NCBI GenBank assembly: GCA_040757065.1
Contig: JBFLXR010000014.1
Coordinates: 1,432 to 65,431, forward strand
Length of the DNA: 64,000 bases
Direction: 5' to 3'
Source of the DNA: Pseudomonadota bacterium
GTDB lineage: Bacteria; Pseudomonadota; Gammaproteobacteria; Burkholderiales; Gallionellaceae
Shown: in pieces, positions 1 through 10,404 of the stretch
How positions within the stretch are numbered: position 1 is the first letter of the stretch
Layout of the letters: each line of letters starts with the position of its first letter
Program-made: the position numbers and the translations under genes
The notes under the pieces: generated by a model
What the model was told of the DNA's origin: nothing
Database searches by the model: none
The model's input: the letters and a program-made list of their open reading frames with translations, nothing else

Positions 1-375
1 TTCGGATAACGTGCGCGCCGATTCGGCCTGACTGCGGGCTTTTTCCGCGAGGACGGTTTGCATTTTTAGGCGGTGCGTCAAGGAGGCTACGACGACCGAA
101 ACGACTAAAAAGCCGGATAGCACCATCCATGATTCGGCGCTGGCGACTTCGAAGGTGTAGCGCGGCTCGATAAAGTAATAATTGATGGCGAGGAAAGACA
201 GGCAAGCGGTCAGTATCGCCAGAGAAAAATGCAGTGAGTATGAGGCGGCGGTGACCGCGAGCAGATACAGTATTACCGTGCCGGTTAAACTGCGGTCGAA
301 CCACAGGCTGCTGACGGCCGTTGCGATGGCGACAAGCAGGGGTGGAATCCAAAGCTGTTTTGCATGAGAAGACAA
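1..375 (-). CDS. Sensor histidine kinase, N-terminal membrane region only (KdpD-type DUF4118 domain); the rest lies beyond the left window edge
   Basis: Not in the ORF track because it runs off the edge. My translation of the minus frame ending at nt 1 gives 125 sense codons. TTG start at 375-373, six nt after GGGAG. The sequence ...WIPPLLVAIATAVSSLWF...CLSFLAINYYFIEPRYTFEVASAESWMVLSGFLVVSVVVASLTHRLKMQTVLAEKARSQAE fits the DUF4118 hydrophobic pattern followed by a coiled linker. Confidence 0.55.
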   Translation of the reverse strand, partial: MSSHAKQLWIPPLLVAIATAVSSLWFDRSLTGTVILYLLAVTAASYSLHFSLAILTACLSFLAINYYFIEPRYTFEVASAESWMVLSGFLVVSVVVASLTHRLKMQTVLAEKARSQAESARTLSE

Positions 376-510
376 ATCTTGCTCCCGATTCAGGGGAGGT
401 GGAAGCTTAAAGCATATTCTGTATCGAATGCGTAAACAGATGTGATTTATAATCCGGGCGAATCAATCCGTATTACCTTGGCGGCCGGCTCCCGGCCTGC
501 GGGCAGAACC

Positions 511-2037
511 ATGACAATTATCCGGCAAGCAGATTTCATCGACAGCATCGCGGATGCGTTGCAATTTATTTCTTACTACCATCCGGCCGACTATATACGC
601 GCGCTGACGGCAGCTTATGAAAAAGAGCAGTCTCCGGCGGCGAAGGATGCCATGCTGCAAATTTTGACTAATTCGCGTATATGCGCCTTGGGCCGCAGGC
701 CGATTTGTCAGGATACCGGCATCGTGGTGGCTTTCGTGCGGGTGGGGATGGGGGTGCGTTGGGACGATACGACGATGAGCGTTGCCGAGATGGTGAATGC
801 GGGCGTCCGCAAGGCTTATCTGCATCCCGATAATGTATTGCGTGCATCGGTGGTATCCGATCCGGCGGGCGCGCGTCTGAACACCAAAGACAATACGCCC
901 GCAGTCGTACATATGGAACTGGTGCCGGGCGACAAGGTCGATGTGCGCATCGGAGCGAAAGGCGGCGGATCGGAGAATAAGACGCGCTTTGCCATGCTGA
1001 ATCCGGGCGAGGATGTGGTGGAATGGGTGGTGAAGCAGTTGCCGGGGATGGGGGCGGGTTGGTGTCCGCCGGGGATGTTGGGCATCGGCATCGGCGGGAC
1101 GGCTGAAAAAGCAGTGTTGCTGGCTAAAGAGGCGTTGATGGAACCGATCGATATGCCGGAACTAAAGGCGCGTGGCCCGCAGTCGCGGTTGGAAGAAATG
1201 CGTATTGAGATATGCGATCGGGTGAATGCCTTGGGTATCGGCGCACAAGGTCTGGGTGGGCTGAGCACGGTTCTGGATGTGAAGATTCTTGATTATCCGA
1301 CTCATGCGGCTTCTAAGCCGGTGGCAATTATTCCGAATTGCGCAGCGACCCGGCATGTGCACTTCGAGCTGGACGGCAACGGGCCGGCGACGTTTGCTGC
1401 GCCGATTATGAGCGATTACCCGGATGTGCAATGGTCGCCAGCGCCCGACGCGCGCCGGGTGAATTTGGATACGGTTACGCGAGAGGATATTGCTCAGTGG
1501 CAACCGGGCGATACCTTGTTGCTGTCAGGCAAGCTATTAACCGGGCGGGATGCGGCGCATAAGCGGATGACGGAAATGCTGGCGCGCGGCGAATCTTTGC
1601 CGGCCGGCGTGGATTTTCGCAACCGATTCATTTATTATGTCGGGCCGGTCGATCCGGTGCGCGACGAAGTGGTGGGGCCGGCAGGGCCAACGACCGCGAC
1701 GCGCATGGATAAATACACCGAGACGATGCTGGCGCAGACTGGTCTGATCGGGATGGTCGGCAAGGCAGAGCGCGGTAAATCCGCGATCGAGGCGATTAAG
1801 CAGCACGGTGCGGTGTACCTGATTGCGGTGGGCGGCGCGGCGTATTTGGTTGCGAAAGCAATACGCAGCGCGAAAGTGATTGCCTTTGCCGATTTGGGCA
1901 TGGAGGCGATCTACGAATTCGAGGTAGAAGACATGCCGGTAACGGTGGCTGTCGATACGCAAGGTCGCTCGGTGCATGAAATCGGCCCGGCAGTGTGGCG
2001 GCAGAAAATTGCCGAAATGACATTGCACGGGAAGTAA
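511..2037 (+). CDS. Class I (Fe-S dependent, fused alpha/beta) fumarate hydratase
   Basis: ORF 442..2037. MTIIRQADFIDSIADALQFISYYHP...RPICQDTGIVVAFV...GAKGGGSENK... is typical of the Fe-S hydro-lyase tartrate/fumarate family. ATG at 511 (M24 of the tracked ORF) fits the family N-terminus better than GTG 442. Confidence 0.9.
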   Translation: MTIIRQADFIDSIADALQFISYYHPADYIRALTAAYEKEQSPAAKDAMLQILTNSRICALGRRPICQDTGIVVAFVRVGMGVRWDDTTMSVAEMVNAGVRKAYLHPDNVLRASVVSDPAGARLNTKDNTPAVVHMELVPGDKVDVRIGAKGGGSENKTRFAMLNPGEDVVEWVVKQLPGMGAGWCPPGMLGIGIGGTAEKAVLLAKEALMEPIDMPELKARGPQSRLEEMRIEICDRVNALGIGAQGLGGLSTVLDVKILDYPTHAASKPVAIIPNCAATRHVHFELDGNGPATFAAPIMSDYPDVQWSPAPDARRVNLDTVTREDIAQWQPGDTLLLSGKLLTGRDAAHKRMTEMLARGESLPAGVDFRNRFIYYVGPVDPVRDEVVGPAGPTTATRMDKYTETMLAQTGLIGMVGKAERGKSAIEAIKQHGAVYLIAVGGAAYLVAKAIRSAKVIAFADLGMEAIYEFEVEDMPVTVAVDTQGRSVHEIGPAVWRQKIAEMTLHGK

Positions 2038-2050
2038 CAGTTTCGGGAGG

Positions 2051-2070
2051 TTGTCGTTGGCGACAGTTTT
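2051..2070 (+). terminator. Possible weak intrinsic terminator after fumarate hydratase
   Basis: ttgtcg-ttgg-cgacag hairpin (5-6 bp) followed by TTTT, 14 nt after the stop codon. Confidence 0.3.
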
Positions 2071-2081
2071 CCACAAGAATT

Positions 2082-2178
2082 GGCGGGTCTCCCCGCATTG
2101 CAGATCGGTCAACCTGGTCAGGTCCGGAAGGAAGCAGCCACAGCCGAATATGCAAGTGCCGGGGGTAAGGCTCGCCTC
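2082..2178 (+). ncRNA. ffs: Signal recognition particle RNA (4.5S-type, small SRP RNA); ends approximate
   Basis: CCTGGTCAGGTCCGGAAGGAAGCAGCCACAG matches the universally conserved SRP RNA domain IV core (E. coli 4.5S: CCAGGUCAGGUCCGGAAGGAAGCAGCCAAGG). Flanking GGCGGGTCTCCCCGC ... GCCGGGGGTAAGGCTCGCC can pair. It lies just upstream of dnaX, as in many proteobacteria, and is followed by a T-run. Confidence 0.85.
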
Positions 2179-2231
2179 CTTTTTCGTTCAGCGGCGCATT
2201 GTTTCGTGCTCCGCTTCTGTGAGCGTAGATC

Positions 2232-3839
2232 TTGTCAGCGACTTCAGTTCTTGCGCGCAAATGGCGTCCTAAAAATTTTGCTCAGTTGGCGGGGCAGCAG
2301 CACGTGGTGCAGGCACTGACCAATGCGCTGACGCAGAACCGTTTGCATCACGCTTATCTGTTTACCGGCACACGCGGGGTCGGCAAGACCACAATTGCCC
2401 GGATTTTCGCTAAATCGCTGAATTGCGCCGAAGGCGTCACCGCGACGCCGTGCGGCGTGTGCGAGGCTTGCCGCGAAATCGACAGCGGCCGCTTCGTGGA
2501 TATGATCGAACTGGATGCGGCGTCGAATACGCAGGTGGACAGCATGCGCGAGTTGCTGGAAAGCGCGCTGTATGCGCCGACCAGCGGTCGTTACAAGGTT
2601 TACCTGATCGACGAAGTGCATATGCTTTCCAAGTCCGCCTTCAACGCGATGCTGAAGACGCTGGAAGAGCCGCCTGCGCACGTCAAATTTATTCTGGCGA
2701 CCACCGATCCGCAGAAAATTCCGGTTACAGTGTTGTCGCGCTGTCTGCAATTCAATCTGAAACAATTGCCGCCCGGTTTGATCGCCGAACATTTGCAATA
2801 TGTGTTGCAGCAGGAAGGTATCGCCTGCGAACCCGCTGCGCTGGGGCTGATCGCTCGTGCGGCGCAAGGCAGCATGCGCGATGCGCTGAGCCTGATGGAT
2901 CAGGCAATCGCTTTTTCCAATTCGACAGTGGACGAAGCGACGGTGCGCAACATGCTCGGTGCGATTGACCGGAGCTATTTGTTCGAGTTGCTGGAATTGC
3001 TGTTGACGCAGGACGGAGCCGGTATGCTGCGGGTGGCGGACGATATGCAGGTACGCAGCGTGGCGTTCGATGCCGCATTGCAGGAGCTGGCGACCTTGTT
3101 GCATCGCTTGGCGTTGGCGCAGACCGTGCCGCAGGCGATTGCCGAAGATGATCCCGAGCGGGAGCGCATATTGGCGCTGGCCGGGCAGTTCGCTGCGGAA
3201 GAAATTCAGTTGTATTATCAAATCGCCGTTCACGGACGCAATGAAATCGATCTGGCCCCGGATGAATATGCCGGTTTTACCATGACACTGTTGCGTATGT
3301 TGGCGTTCCGCCCGGACGGCGTGAAAACGCAGCCGGCGTCCGCACCGACGCCAGTTCGGCATGCACCGGTCACCGCCCCGGCGCAGGCGACAGTCAGTAC
3401 GGCAGACGTTCCGCCGCTGGTCGCCGAGCGTATTGCGGAATCGAGGGCAGCGGTGTCCGGCGGGGCGCTGGACTGGGGTGTGCTGCTCGGACAGTTAAAT
3501 GTGCAAGGGCTGGCGCGCGAGTTGGCGAAACATTGCGTATTGACCGAGTTTGCCGAAGGCAGAATCGTTCTGTCTCTGGCGCCGCAGAACAAACATTTGC
3601 TGAATAGCTCGGCGCAGGAGAAGCTGCAAACCGTGCTGAGCGATTATTTTCAGCGACCGGTTCGCCTGCAAGTTACAGTGGGCCGGGCTGAGGCGGCAAC
3701 GCCCGCCGTGCTGGAGCAGCAGGAAAAACACGCTCGCCAGGAATCTGCGCGCGAGGCGATCGAGCAAGATCCCTTTGTGCGCGAGGTGCAAACGCAGCTC
3801 GGCGGCTGGTTGATTGAAGAATCCATTAAACCTATCTAA
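2232..3839 (+). CDS. dnaX: DNA polymerase III subunit gamma/tau
   Basis: 535 aa, TTG start. [27 protein letters not shown]...[30 protein letters not shown] zinc module, [10 protein letters not shown] Walker B. Canonical dnaX-ybaB-recR order. Confidence 0.95.
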   Translation: MSATSVLARKWRPKNFAQLAGQQHVVQALTNALTQNRLHHAYLFTGTRGVGKTTIARIFAKSLNCAEGVTATPCGVCEACREIDSGRFVDMIELDAASNTQVDSMRELLESALYAPTSGRYKVYLIDEVHMLSKSAFNAMLKTLEEPPAHVKFILATTDPQKIPVTVLSRCLQFNLKQLPPGLIAEHLQYVLQQEGIACEPAALGLIARAAQGSMRDALSLMDQAIAFSNSTVDEATVRNMLGAIDRSYLFELLELLLTQDGAGMLRVADDMQVRSVAFDAALQELATLLHRLALAQTVPQAIAEDDPERERILALAGQFAAEEIQLYYQIAVHGRNEIDLAPDEYAGFTMTLLRMLAFRPDGVKTQPASAPTPVRHAPVTAPAQATVSTADVPPLVAERIAESRAAVSGGALDWGVLLGQLNVQGLARELAKHCVLTEFAEGRIVLSLAPQNKHLLNSSAQEKLQTVLSDYFQRPVRLQVTVGRAEAATPAVLEQQEKHARQESAREAIEQDPFVREVQTQLGGWLIEESIKPI

Positions 3840-3865
3840 ATTTAAGATGTCGAGGAGTAAGAAGC

Positions 3866-4192
3866 ATGTTTAAAGGTGGTTTGGGCGGCCTGATGAAGCA
3901 GGCGCAGCAAATGCAGGCGAACATGAAAAAGGCGCAGGACGAACTGGCGCAAGTGGAGGTGGAGGGTCAATCCGGCTCCGGTTTGGTGAAGGTGGTGATG
4001 ACCTGCGCACACGACGTGCGCCGTGTCCATATCGATGACAGCCTGATGTCCGACGACAAGGAAATGCTGGAAGACCTGTTGGTGACCGCATTGAACGATG
4101 CCATGAAGAAAGCGGCGGCGACCACCCAGCAGCGCATGGGGGCGTTCACTGCCGGGATGAATCTGCCGCCGGGCATGAATTTACCCTTCTGA
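3866..4192 (+). CDS. ybaB: YbaB/EbfC family nucleoid-associated protein
   Basis: 108 aa. [43 protein letters not shown] is the family signature. GAGGAG Shine-Dalgarno (SD) upstream. Sits between dnaX and recR. Confidence 0.93.
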   Translation: MFKGGLGGLMKQAQQMQANMKKAQDELAQVEVEGQSGSGLVKVVMTCAHDVRRVHIDDSLMSDDKEMLEDLLVTALNDAMKKAAATTQQRMGAFTAGMNLPPGMNLPF

Positions 4193-4791
4193 TGAAAACT
4201 CCATCCAGTCTGGAGGCATTGATCCACGCTTTGCGGTGTTTGCCGGGCGTGGGGCCTAAGTCTGCCCAGCGGATGGCGTATCACTTGTTGCAGCGCGATA
4301 AACCGGGTGCGGTGCGCTTGTCGCACGCCTTGGGCCACGCGGTGGAAACGCTGCAGCATTGCGCGAAATGCAATAATTTCTCTGAAGAGGAAGTCTGTGC
4401 GCTGTGCAGTTCTGGGCAGCGCGACTCCGGTTTGCTCTGCGTGGTGGAAATGCCCGCCGATCTGTTGATGATGGAGCAGACGCAAAGTTACCGCGGCATG
4501 TACTATGTGCTGATGGGGCGTTTGTCGCCGTTGGACGGTATCGGTGCCCGCGATCTGGGGTTTGAGCGTTTGTTGCGTCGTGCGCAGGATGCGATTCAGG
4601 AAGTGATTCTGGCGACGAATTTTACTGTGGAAGGCGAGGCGACGGCGCATTATTTGTCCGCCATGCTGCGGGCGCAGGGAATTAAGGTGACGCGGATTGC
4701 GCGGGGGCTGCCTGTGGGCGGCGAATTGGAGCATGTCGATAGCGGGACGCTGGCGCAAGCTATGCTGGAACGGCGAGAGGTAAGGGAATGA
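4192..4791 (+). CDS. recR: Recombination protein RecR
   Basis: 199 aa. [24 protein letters not shown] helix-hairpin-helix, C4 zinc finger [16 protein letters not shown], Toprim part. ATGA overlap with ybaB. Confidence 0.95.
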   Translation: MKTPSSLEALIHALRCLPGVGPKSAQRMAYHLLQRDKPGAVRLSHALGHAVETLQHCAKCNNFSEEEVCALCSSGQRDSGLLCVVEMPADLLMMEQTQSYRGMYYVLMGRLSPLDGIGARDLGFERLLRRAQDAIQEVILATNFTVEGEATAHYLSAMLRAQGIKVTRIARGLPVGGELEHVDSGTLAQAMLERREVRE

Positions 4792-5699
4792 GCGAGCAAG
4801 GCGAGCGTTTGCAAAAAGTTTTGGCCCAGGCCGGGCTCGGTTCGCGCCGCGAAATGGAAGAATGGATTGCCGCCGGACGCGTAACGGTGAACGGCGAGGC
4901 GGCGACCCTGGGCGTGCGCGTTCAAGAAGGCGATACGGTGCGCGTCGATAATAAGCGCACTATTCGAGTCAGGTTGCACGAGGGGCAGTTGCCGCGCGTG
5001 ATGTTGTATCACAAGCCGGATGGCGAGATCGTCAGCCGGGACGACCCCGAAAAGCGTGCTTCGGTATTCGACAAACTGCCGCGCTTGAAGGGGCAGAAGT
5101 GGATTGCGATTGGCCGGCTGGATTTCAATACTAGCGGTCTGTTGATTTTTACCACTTCCGGTGAGTTGGCGAACCGACTGATGCACCCGCGTTTCGAAGT
5201 GGAGCGCGAGTATGCCGTGCGCGTGCAAGGCGAAATGACACCGGAGCAGATGCGTCAGATGTTGAAGCAGGGCATCGAGCTGGAGGACGGCCCGGTCAAA
5301 TTCGAGAAATTGACCGACGAGGGTGGCGAAGGCTTCAACCACTGGTATCGCGTGATGTTGAAAGAAGGGCGGAACCGCATCGTGCGCCGCACTTTCGATG
5401 CGCTGGGGCTGCCGGTCAGCCGTCTGATGCGGGTGCGCTACGGGATTGTTAATCTGCCGCCGCGCCTGAAACGCGGTACGATGGCGGAACTGGGGCCGGG
5501 CGAAGTGACAGCGGTGCTGGAGTGGGTGGGACTGATGCCGGAGAATAAGCCGGAACCGGCACCGGTGCGTGCACGCGGCAAAGTCGCCGGGGAGTCGGAG
5601 CAAAAGCCGCCCGCTAGGGTTAAACGAGGCAACGAACGCACGGCGGCACGAGCGGGCGATGTGTCGCGCAAACAACAAGTGCGACGCAGAAAAGCATGA
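4788..5699 (+). CDS. rluB: 23S rRNA pseudouridine synthase B (RsuA/RluB family) with basic C-terminal tail
   Basis: 303 aa. [32 protein letters not shown]4 domain, [14 protein letters not shown] catalytic Asp motif. Confidence 0.88.
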   Translation: MSEQGERLQKVLAQAGLGSRREMEEWIAAGRVTVNGEAATLGVRVQEGDTVRVDNKRTIRVRLHEGQLPRVMLYHKPDGEIVSRDDPEKRASVFDKLPRLKGQKWIAIGRLDFNTSGLLIFTTSGELANRLMHPRFEVEREYAVRVQGEMTPEQMRQMLKQGIELEDGPVKFEKLTDEGGEGFNHWYRVMLKEGRNRIVRRTFDALGLPVSRLMRVRYGIVNLPPRLKRGTMAELGPGEVTAVLEWVGLMPENKPEPAPVRARGKVAGESEQKPPARVKRGNERTAARAGDVSRKQQVRRRKA

Positions 5700-5803
5700 A
5701 ATGCGCCGCATGGTCGGAATTGGATATAGAATTGCCAAGAGATGACCGGCTAAAAATAGGTGCGTCCCGGCGCGCGGTTGCGTGCGAGGATTAGAGAGCT
5801 TGC

Positions 5804-7039
5804 ATGGAAGATCGAAACAATAAAACCATCATATGCAGCGTGCTGTTTCTGGATATCGTCGAATATTCCAAGAAATCGGTCGCAGGGCAGATCTCACTGA
5901 AAGAGCGGTTTAACGCCTTTCTGTCGATCGCCATTCGCGATATTCCGATGGATGACAGGATTATTCTCGATACCGGGGACGGTGCGGCGATCAGCTTTCT
6001 CGGCGACGTCGAGGATTCGCTGAAGGTTGCGCTGAGCATGCGCGCCAGCTTGCTCAATGCCGGGGCGCATATGGAGCCTCTGCTGATGGTGCGCATGGGG
6101 ATCAATCTCGGCCCCGTCTGCCTGGTGAAAGACATTAACGATCAGCCGAATATCGTGGGCGACGGCATTAACGTCGCGCAACGCATTATGGAGTTCTCCG
6201 AGCCGGGGCAGATTCTCGTTTCCCGTTCATACTACGAAGCGGCTTCGCGTTTATCGCACGATTATGCCGGCATGTTCCATTATCTGGGCGTGCGTACGGA
6301 CAAGCATGTGCGCGAACACGAGGTTTATGCGCTGGGGAATGCGGCGGAATTCGCCGAGCAGTACCAATCTTTGTCGAATAAGCGGAAGCACGCTTCCGAA
6401 AACGGCCCATTGCTTGCAGTGTTCAAAAAAACATGGGACGGCAGTGCACGCACGCTGGGCGAGGCTGTGCTGCGCGGTACTGCCGCTTTTCAAACGGCTA
6501 CGCCGGCCAGACAGGTGCTTTACCTGTCGGGTTTGCTGGTGGGCGCGTTGTTGCTGTTCGGCGTGATCGTCAAACTGTTCGGTACGCAAACGCACAAGGC
6601 GCTTCCGGTGGTTGCCAAGGCGCAGGAGAAGACCGCGGCTAAAGAGGGTAAGCGTGCGCCTTCGGAGGCTGCCGCTCCCGAGTCGGTCGGTAAACCGGAC
6701 GAAAGTCAGGCAGAGCCTGCTGCGGGCGACGCTCCGGCAGCCCGCAAGAAAGAGGCAAAGAGCAAGTCCGCCAAGAAGGGCGATGTGGTCGATAAGTTGC
6801 AGTCGATTCTGCAACAAAAAAAGGATGCAGTGCTGGAAGTGCAATGCAAGCCCGGAGCCTTGCTCTATGTCGATGCCTGGCAGAAAGGTAAGGTCGGCAG
6901 CGCGCCGCTGACGATACCGCTGGCGGCGGGCAAACATACGATCATTATCGATCCACCCGGGAACGGCGCTGTCTATTCCAAAGAGCTGGTGTTCGGAAGC
7001 GGGCAGATCGTCAAACTCAGTCCGGGAATCTGTCAATAA
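5804..7039 (+). CDS. Class III adenylate/guanylate cyclase-like domain protein with one TM helix, a low-complexity linker and a C-terminal PEGA-like domain
   Basis: 411 aa. CSVLFLDIVEYSKK, LDTGDGAAISF, RMGINLGPV, GDGINVAQRIME resemble the cyclase homology domain. TM helix LYLSGLLVGALLLFGVIVKLF. A/K/E/P-rich stretch. LYVDAWQKGKVGSAPLTIPLAAGKHTIIIDPPG is PEGA-like. Confidence 0.7.
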   Translation: MEDRNNKTIICSVLFLDIVEYSKKSVAGQISLKERFNAFLSIAIRDIPMDDRIILDTGDGAAISFLGDVEDSLKVALSMRASLLNAGAHMEPLLMVRMGINLGPVCLVKDINDQPNIVGDGINVAQRIMEFSEPGQILVSRSYYEAASRLSHDYAGMFHYLGVRTDKHVREHEVYALGNAAEFAEQYQSLSNKRKHASENGPLLAVFKKTWDGSARTLGEAVLRGTAAFQTATPARQVLYLSGLLVGALLLFGVIVKLFGTQTHKALPVVAKAQEKTAAKEGKRAPSEAAAPESVGKPDESQAEPAAGDAPAARKKEAKSKSAKKGDVVDKLQSILQQKKDAVLEVQCKPGALLYVDAWQKGKVGSAPLTIPLAAGKHTIIIDPPGNGAVYSKELVFGSGQIVKLSPGICQ

Positions 7040-7053
7040 GGTCGCAGCGCAAG

Positions 7054-8250
7054 ATGATGAATCGGCTTGGTCGGTACGAGGTTGTTGCGGAGCTCGGTCA
7101 GGGAGCGATGGGGGTCGTCTATAAAGCGATCGACCCGTTGATCGACCGTGTGGTGGCAATCAAAACGATTAACCTGAATCAGGCGGAAGACGAGAAAGAA
7201 GAATACGAAGGGCGCTTTTATCAGGAAGCCAAGGCGGCCGGGCGGTTGAGTCACCCGAATATTGTGACGATTTACGATGTCGGACGGGAAGATCATATTG
7301 CCTATATCGCAATGGAATTTCTCGAAGGTCGTGAGCTACGCGATATTCTCAACGACGGCGAGCCGTTGCCGCTCGATCAGGTGCTGGATATTGTTGCGCA
7401 AGTGGCGCTCGGTCTGGCGTATGCGCATGAAAACGGCATCGTACACCGCGATGTGAAGCCCTCAAATATCATGGTGACACGTGACGGCCATGTAAAAATT
7501 ACCGACTTCGGTATCGCGCGCATGGCCTCCTCGGCAGTGCGCACACAGACTGGAATGGTGCTCGGTTCGCCCAAGTATATGTCGCCGGAACAGGTGGTCG
7601 GCAAGGAGTTGGATCAGCGCTCGGACATCTTTTCACTCGGTGCCATGCTGTACGAAATGCTGACCGGGCGTTCGCCGTTCGACGGCGAAAATGTGAACTC
7701 GATTCTTTATCAGGTGGTGAATGCGATGCCGACGCCGCCGAATATCGTCAATCCGGACTTGCCGGAGATGCTGAGTTTCATTGTGGCAAAGGCGCTGGCG
7801 AAGAATGTCGACGAGCGTTATCAGAATGCGCGCGAATTTGCCGACGATTTGCGGATTTGTCGGAAATCCTTGTCGCCGGAAAGCGCCGGTGCGGCTGTTA
7901 AAGCGGCATCGTCCGCCGTACTGCCCGGTGCGATTGTTTCTGCGCGGCGCAGTAGCGAGGCTGATGCAGAGTCGTCTGCCGGAACAATAGGTTTATCGAA
8001 ATCGTTCGATTCGTTCGGCGCGACGATGCGTTTGGCAGCCATGACGAATGCGTTCGACGAAGTGGAGTCTTTCTCGAAAAAATATCAGGAAACGCACGGC
8101 GCAGTACGGACGGGCGCGATTCCTGCCGCCTTGCGCCTGCCGCCTGAGCGGGTCGATCCGGTCAAGGCTTCCGCGATCGGCGGTAATTTATTGCTGATCC
8201 TGATTGTTTTGCTGATTCTGGCGGGCGTCATGCTAGCCGTGCTGCGTTAA
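7054..8250 (+). CDS. Hanks-type serine/threonine protein kinase with C-terminal membrane anchor
   Basis: 398 aa. LGQGAMGVVYKA, AIK, HRDVKPSNIMV, DFGIA, SPKYMSPE. Terminal hydrophobic GGNLLLILIVLLILAGVMLAVL. Starts 14 nt after the cyclase gene. Confidence 0.92.
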   Translation: MMNRLGRYEVVAELGQGAMGVVYKAIDPLIDRVVAIKTINLNQAEDEKEEYEGRFYQEAKAAGRLSHPNIVTIYDVGREDHIAYIAMEFLEGRELRDILNDGEPLPLDQVLDIVAQVALGLAYAHENGIVHRDVKPSNIMVTRDGHVKITDFGIARMASSAVRTQTGMVLGSPKYMSPEQVVGKELDQRSDIFSLGAMLYEMLTGRSPFDGENVNSILYQVVNAMPTPPNIVNPDLPEMLSFIVAKALAKNVDERYQNAREFADDLRICRKSLSPESAGAAVKAASSAVLPGAIVSARRSSEADAESSAGTIGLSKSFDSFGATMRLAAMTNAFDEVESFSKKYQETHGAVRTGAIPAALRLPPERVDPVKASAIGGNLLLILIVLLILAGVMLAVLR

Positions 8251-8265
8251 ACGCCAGCGACGGCA

Positions 8266-8733
8266 GTGCGTCGTATGCTGCAAGGGGCGGGGAAAAAGCG
8301 GGGCGTAGCAACAAGAGAGACGTGGCATTTCCTGCCTTCCATGGTTTCGCTGCTGTGGCAGTCGGCATTCTCCGGTGCAGTCATCTTCGGGTTGTTTCAG
8401 ACAACGCTGCCTGAGTGGTCGGTGTTGCTGCTGGCCGATCTGATATTGTTGCAGCTGGTTTATGCCGCACGGTCGATGCGGGCGGGTTCGGCTGTTGCCG
8501 CACTGACGTTGTTGCCAGATGGCGATTGGCAAATTCAGCTTCGCGACGGCCGCAGGTTGGCGTGCGCGTTTTCCGGTGCGACGGTAACGCCGCATGCTGC
8601 GGTGCTGGCGCTCAGGCCTGCGGAGCGGCGTTTCCCCGTTCGGGTGGTCGTGTGGCCGGATAGTCTCGGCAAGGAGGCATTCCGGCGATTGCGTGTTGCG
8701 GTTAAGTGGCGGTGCGGTAGTTGGCCGGCGTAA
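8266..8733 (+). CDS. Small two-TM inner membrane protein, YgfX/CptA-like (DUF1434-like); start may be ATG 8341
   Basis: 155 aa ORF. From M26, [19 protein letters not shown]... recalls the E. coli YgfX N-terminus (MVLWQSDLRVS). The C-terminal [20 protein letters not shown] resembles the YgfX LWLAADSMDEAEWRDLRRIL region. The similarity is judged from memory. Confidence 0.45.
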   Translation: MRRMLQGAGKKRGVATRETWHFLPSMVSLLWQSAFSGAVIFGLFQTTLPEWSVLLLADLILLQLVYAARSMRAGSAVAALTLLPDGDWQIQLRDGRRLACAFSGATVTPHAAVLALRPAERRFPVRVVVWPDSLGKEAFRRLRVAVKWRCGSWPA

Positions 8734-10306
8734 GTACGGTTGGCTCGGCTATTTCCAACATATTCGGGTAGTCTTTGCTGTAGTGCAGGCCGCGACTTTC
8801 GTGACGCGCCATCGCGCTTTGCACGATCAGGTCGGCCGTCAGTACCAAGTTGCGCAGTTCGAGCAAATCCCGCGAGACGTGGAAATTTCGGTAATACTCG
8901 TTGATTTCCTCGTGCAGCAATTTAATGCGGTGCTGAGCGCGTTCCAGCCGCTTGGTGGTGCGCACGATGCCGACATAATCCCACATAAAACGGCGCAATT
9001 CCGCCCAGTTGTGCGAAATGACGACGGCCTCATCGGCATCCGTGACCTGGCTTTCGTCCCATTGCGGCAGTGCGGGCATGGGTTCCGCTGTTTGCGCAAG
9101 AATGGCCTGCGAGGCCGATTCGGCAAAGACCAAGCATTCCAGCAGAGAGTTGCTTGCCAGGCGGTTGGCTCCGTGCAGGCCGGTATGTGCGGTTTCGCCG
9201 ATTGCGTAAAGGCAATCAACATCGGTTTTGCCATCCAGATCGGCGATCAGTCCGCCGCAAGTGAAATGCACTGCGGGAACGACCGGGATGGGCTCTTGGG
9301 TGATGTCGATGCCCAGTTCGAGGCAGCGTGCGTAAATGGTCGGGAAGTGCGCGCGCAGGAATTCCGCCGGTTGATGAGAAATGTCCAGATAGACGCAATC
9401 CAGACCGTGTTTTTTCATCTCGAAATCGATGGCGCGCGCGACGATGTCGCGCGGTGCCAGTTCGGCGCGCGGATCGTGACGGGGCATGAAGCGGGTGCCG
9501 TCCGGCAGTTTAAGGATGCCGCCTTCGCCGCGCACCGCCTCGCTGATTAAAAAGGATTTGGCGTGCGGGTGATATAAGCAGGTAGGATGAAACTGGATGA
9601 ATTCCATATTCGCTACCCGGCACCCCGCGCGCCATCCCATGGCAATGCCGTCGCCCGTGGCAGTATCCGGATTGGTCGTGTACAAATAGACTTTGCCGGC
9701 TCCGCCGGTCGCCAATATGGTGTTGCGCGCGGCAAAGGTTTGAATTTCGTCGGTCAGGCAATTCAGAATATAAGCGCCGTAACAGCGGTTGTCCGGCTTG
9801 CCGAGCTTGTTGCCGGTGATTAAATCGATGGCGATATGATTTTCCAGCAAGGTAATGTTGGGATGGGCTTTTACCTTGGCGGCGAGCGTTTCCTGCACGG
9901 CTTGGCCGGTGGCGTCGGCCGCGTGGATAATTCTCCGGTGACTATGTCCGCCTTCGCGTGTTAAATGGTAGCCGACATTGTTTTCGGTATCGCGCGTGAA
10001 AGGAACACCGGCTTCGATCAGCCATTCGATAGCGGCTCGGCCATGCTCAACAACGAATCGCGTGGTATTCGGATCGCACAGCCCGGCGCCTGCGGTCAGC
10101 GTGTCGTGAATGTGCGCGTCCAGCGAGTCGTCTTCCGACAGAACGGCGGCAATCCCGCCCTGCGCCCAGTTGCTGGCACCTTCCAGCAGTGATTTTTTGG
10201 TGACGAGGGCCACCCGCTGGCTGCCGGCCAGTTTCAGTGCCAGCGACATACCGGCGAGTCCGCTGCCGACGATCAGAGCATCGAATTGCAACACAGATTT
10301 ATCCAA
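8702..10306 (-). CDS. nadB: L-aspartate oxidase
   Basis: 534 aa, TTG start. [22 protein letters not shown] fold, [28 protein letters not shown]. Divergent from rpoE as in E. coli. Confidence 0.95.
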   Translation of the reverse strand: MDKSVLQFDALIVGSGLAGMSLALKLAGSQRVALVTKKSLLEGASNWAQGGIAAVLSEDDSLDAHIHDTLTAGAGLCDPNTTRFVVEHGRAAIEWLIEAGVPFTRDTENNVGYHLTREGGHSHRRIIHAADATGQAVQETLAAKVKAHPNITLLENHIAIDLITGNKLGKPDNRCYGAYILNCLTDEIQTFAARNTILATGGAGKVYLYTTNPDTATGDGIAMGWRAGCRVANMEFIQFHPTCLYHPHAKSFLISEAVRGEGGILKLPDGTRFMPRHDPRAELAPRDIVARAIDFEMKKHGLDCVYLDISHQPAEFLRAHFPTIYARCLELGIDITQEPIPVVPAVHFTCGGLIADLDGKTDVDCLYAIGETAHTGLHGANRLASNSLLECLVFAESASQAILAQTAEPMPALPQWDESQVTDADEAVVISHNWAELRRFMWDYVGIVRTTKRLERAQHRIKLLHEEINEYYRNFHVSRDLLELRNLVLTADLIVQSAMARHESRGLHYSKDYPNMLEIAEPTVLTPANYRTAT

Positions 10307-10375
10307 GAATCGAATCCACCGCCGTACTATAGCAAACTTTTTTTACTGTTCCGGCATAAAAACCGGAATGCGGTG

Positions 10376-10404
10376 TGAACTATTTTATTTTCCCGTTGTC
10401 TTTA
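10376..10404 (+). promoter_or_regulatory. Candidate sigma-E (ECF) autoregulated promoter of the rpoE operon
   Basis: tGAACTA - 16 nt - TCTTTA, about 105 nt upstream of the rpoE ATG. Resembles GGAACTT-N16-TCAAA/TCTGA used by rpoE/algU promoters. The -10 match is only partial. Confidence 0.35.

Noticed and set aside
182-367. 61-aa plus-strand ORF at the left edge.
   Set aside because: It is antisense to a much better minus-strand reading frame that encodes a DUF4118-type kinase membrane domain.
2232-3839. Looked for the programmed -1 frameshift site (A AAA AAG plus a downstream hairpin) that produces the gamma subunit from dnaX.
   Set aside because: I could find no A-AAA-AAG heptamer in the gene. 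The only A-run (gaaaaaca near 3723) is too close to the C-terminus and lacks the slippery pattern. I make no claim either way about gamma production.
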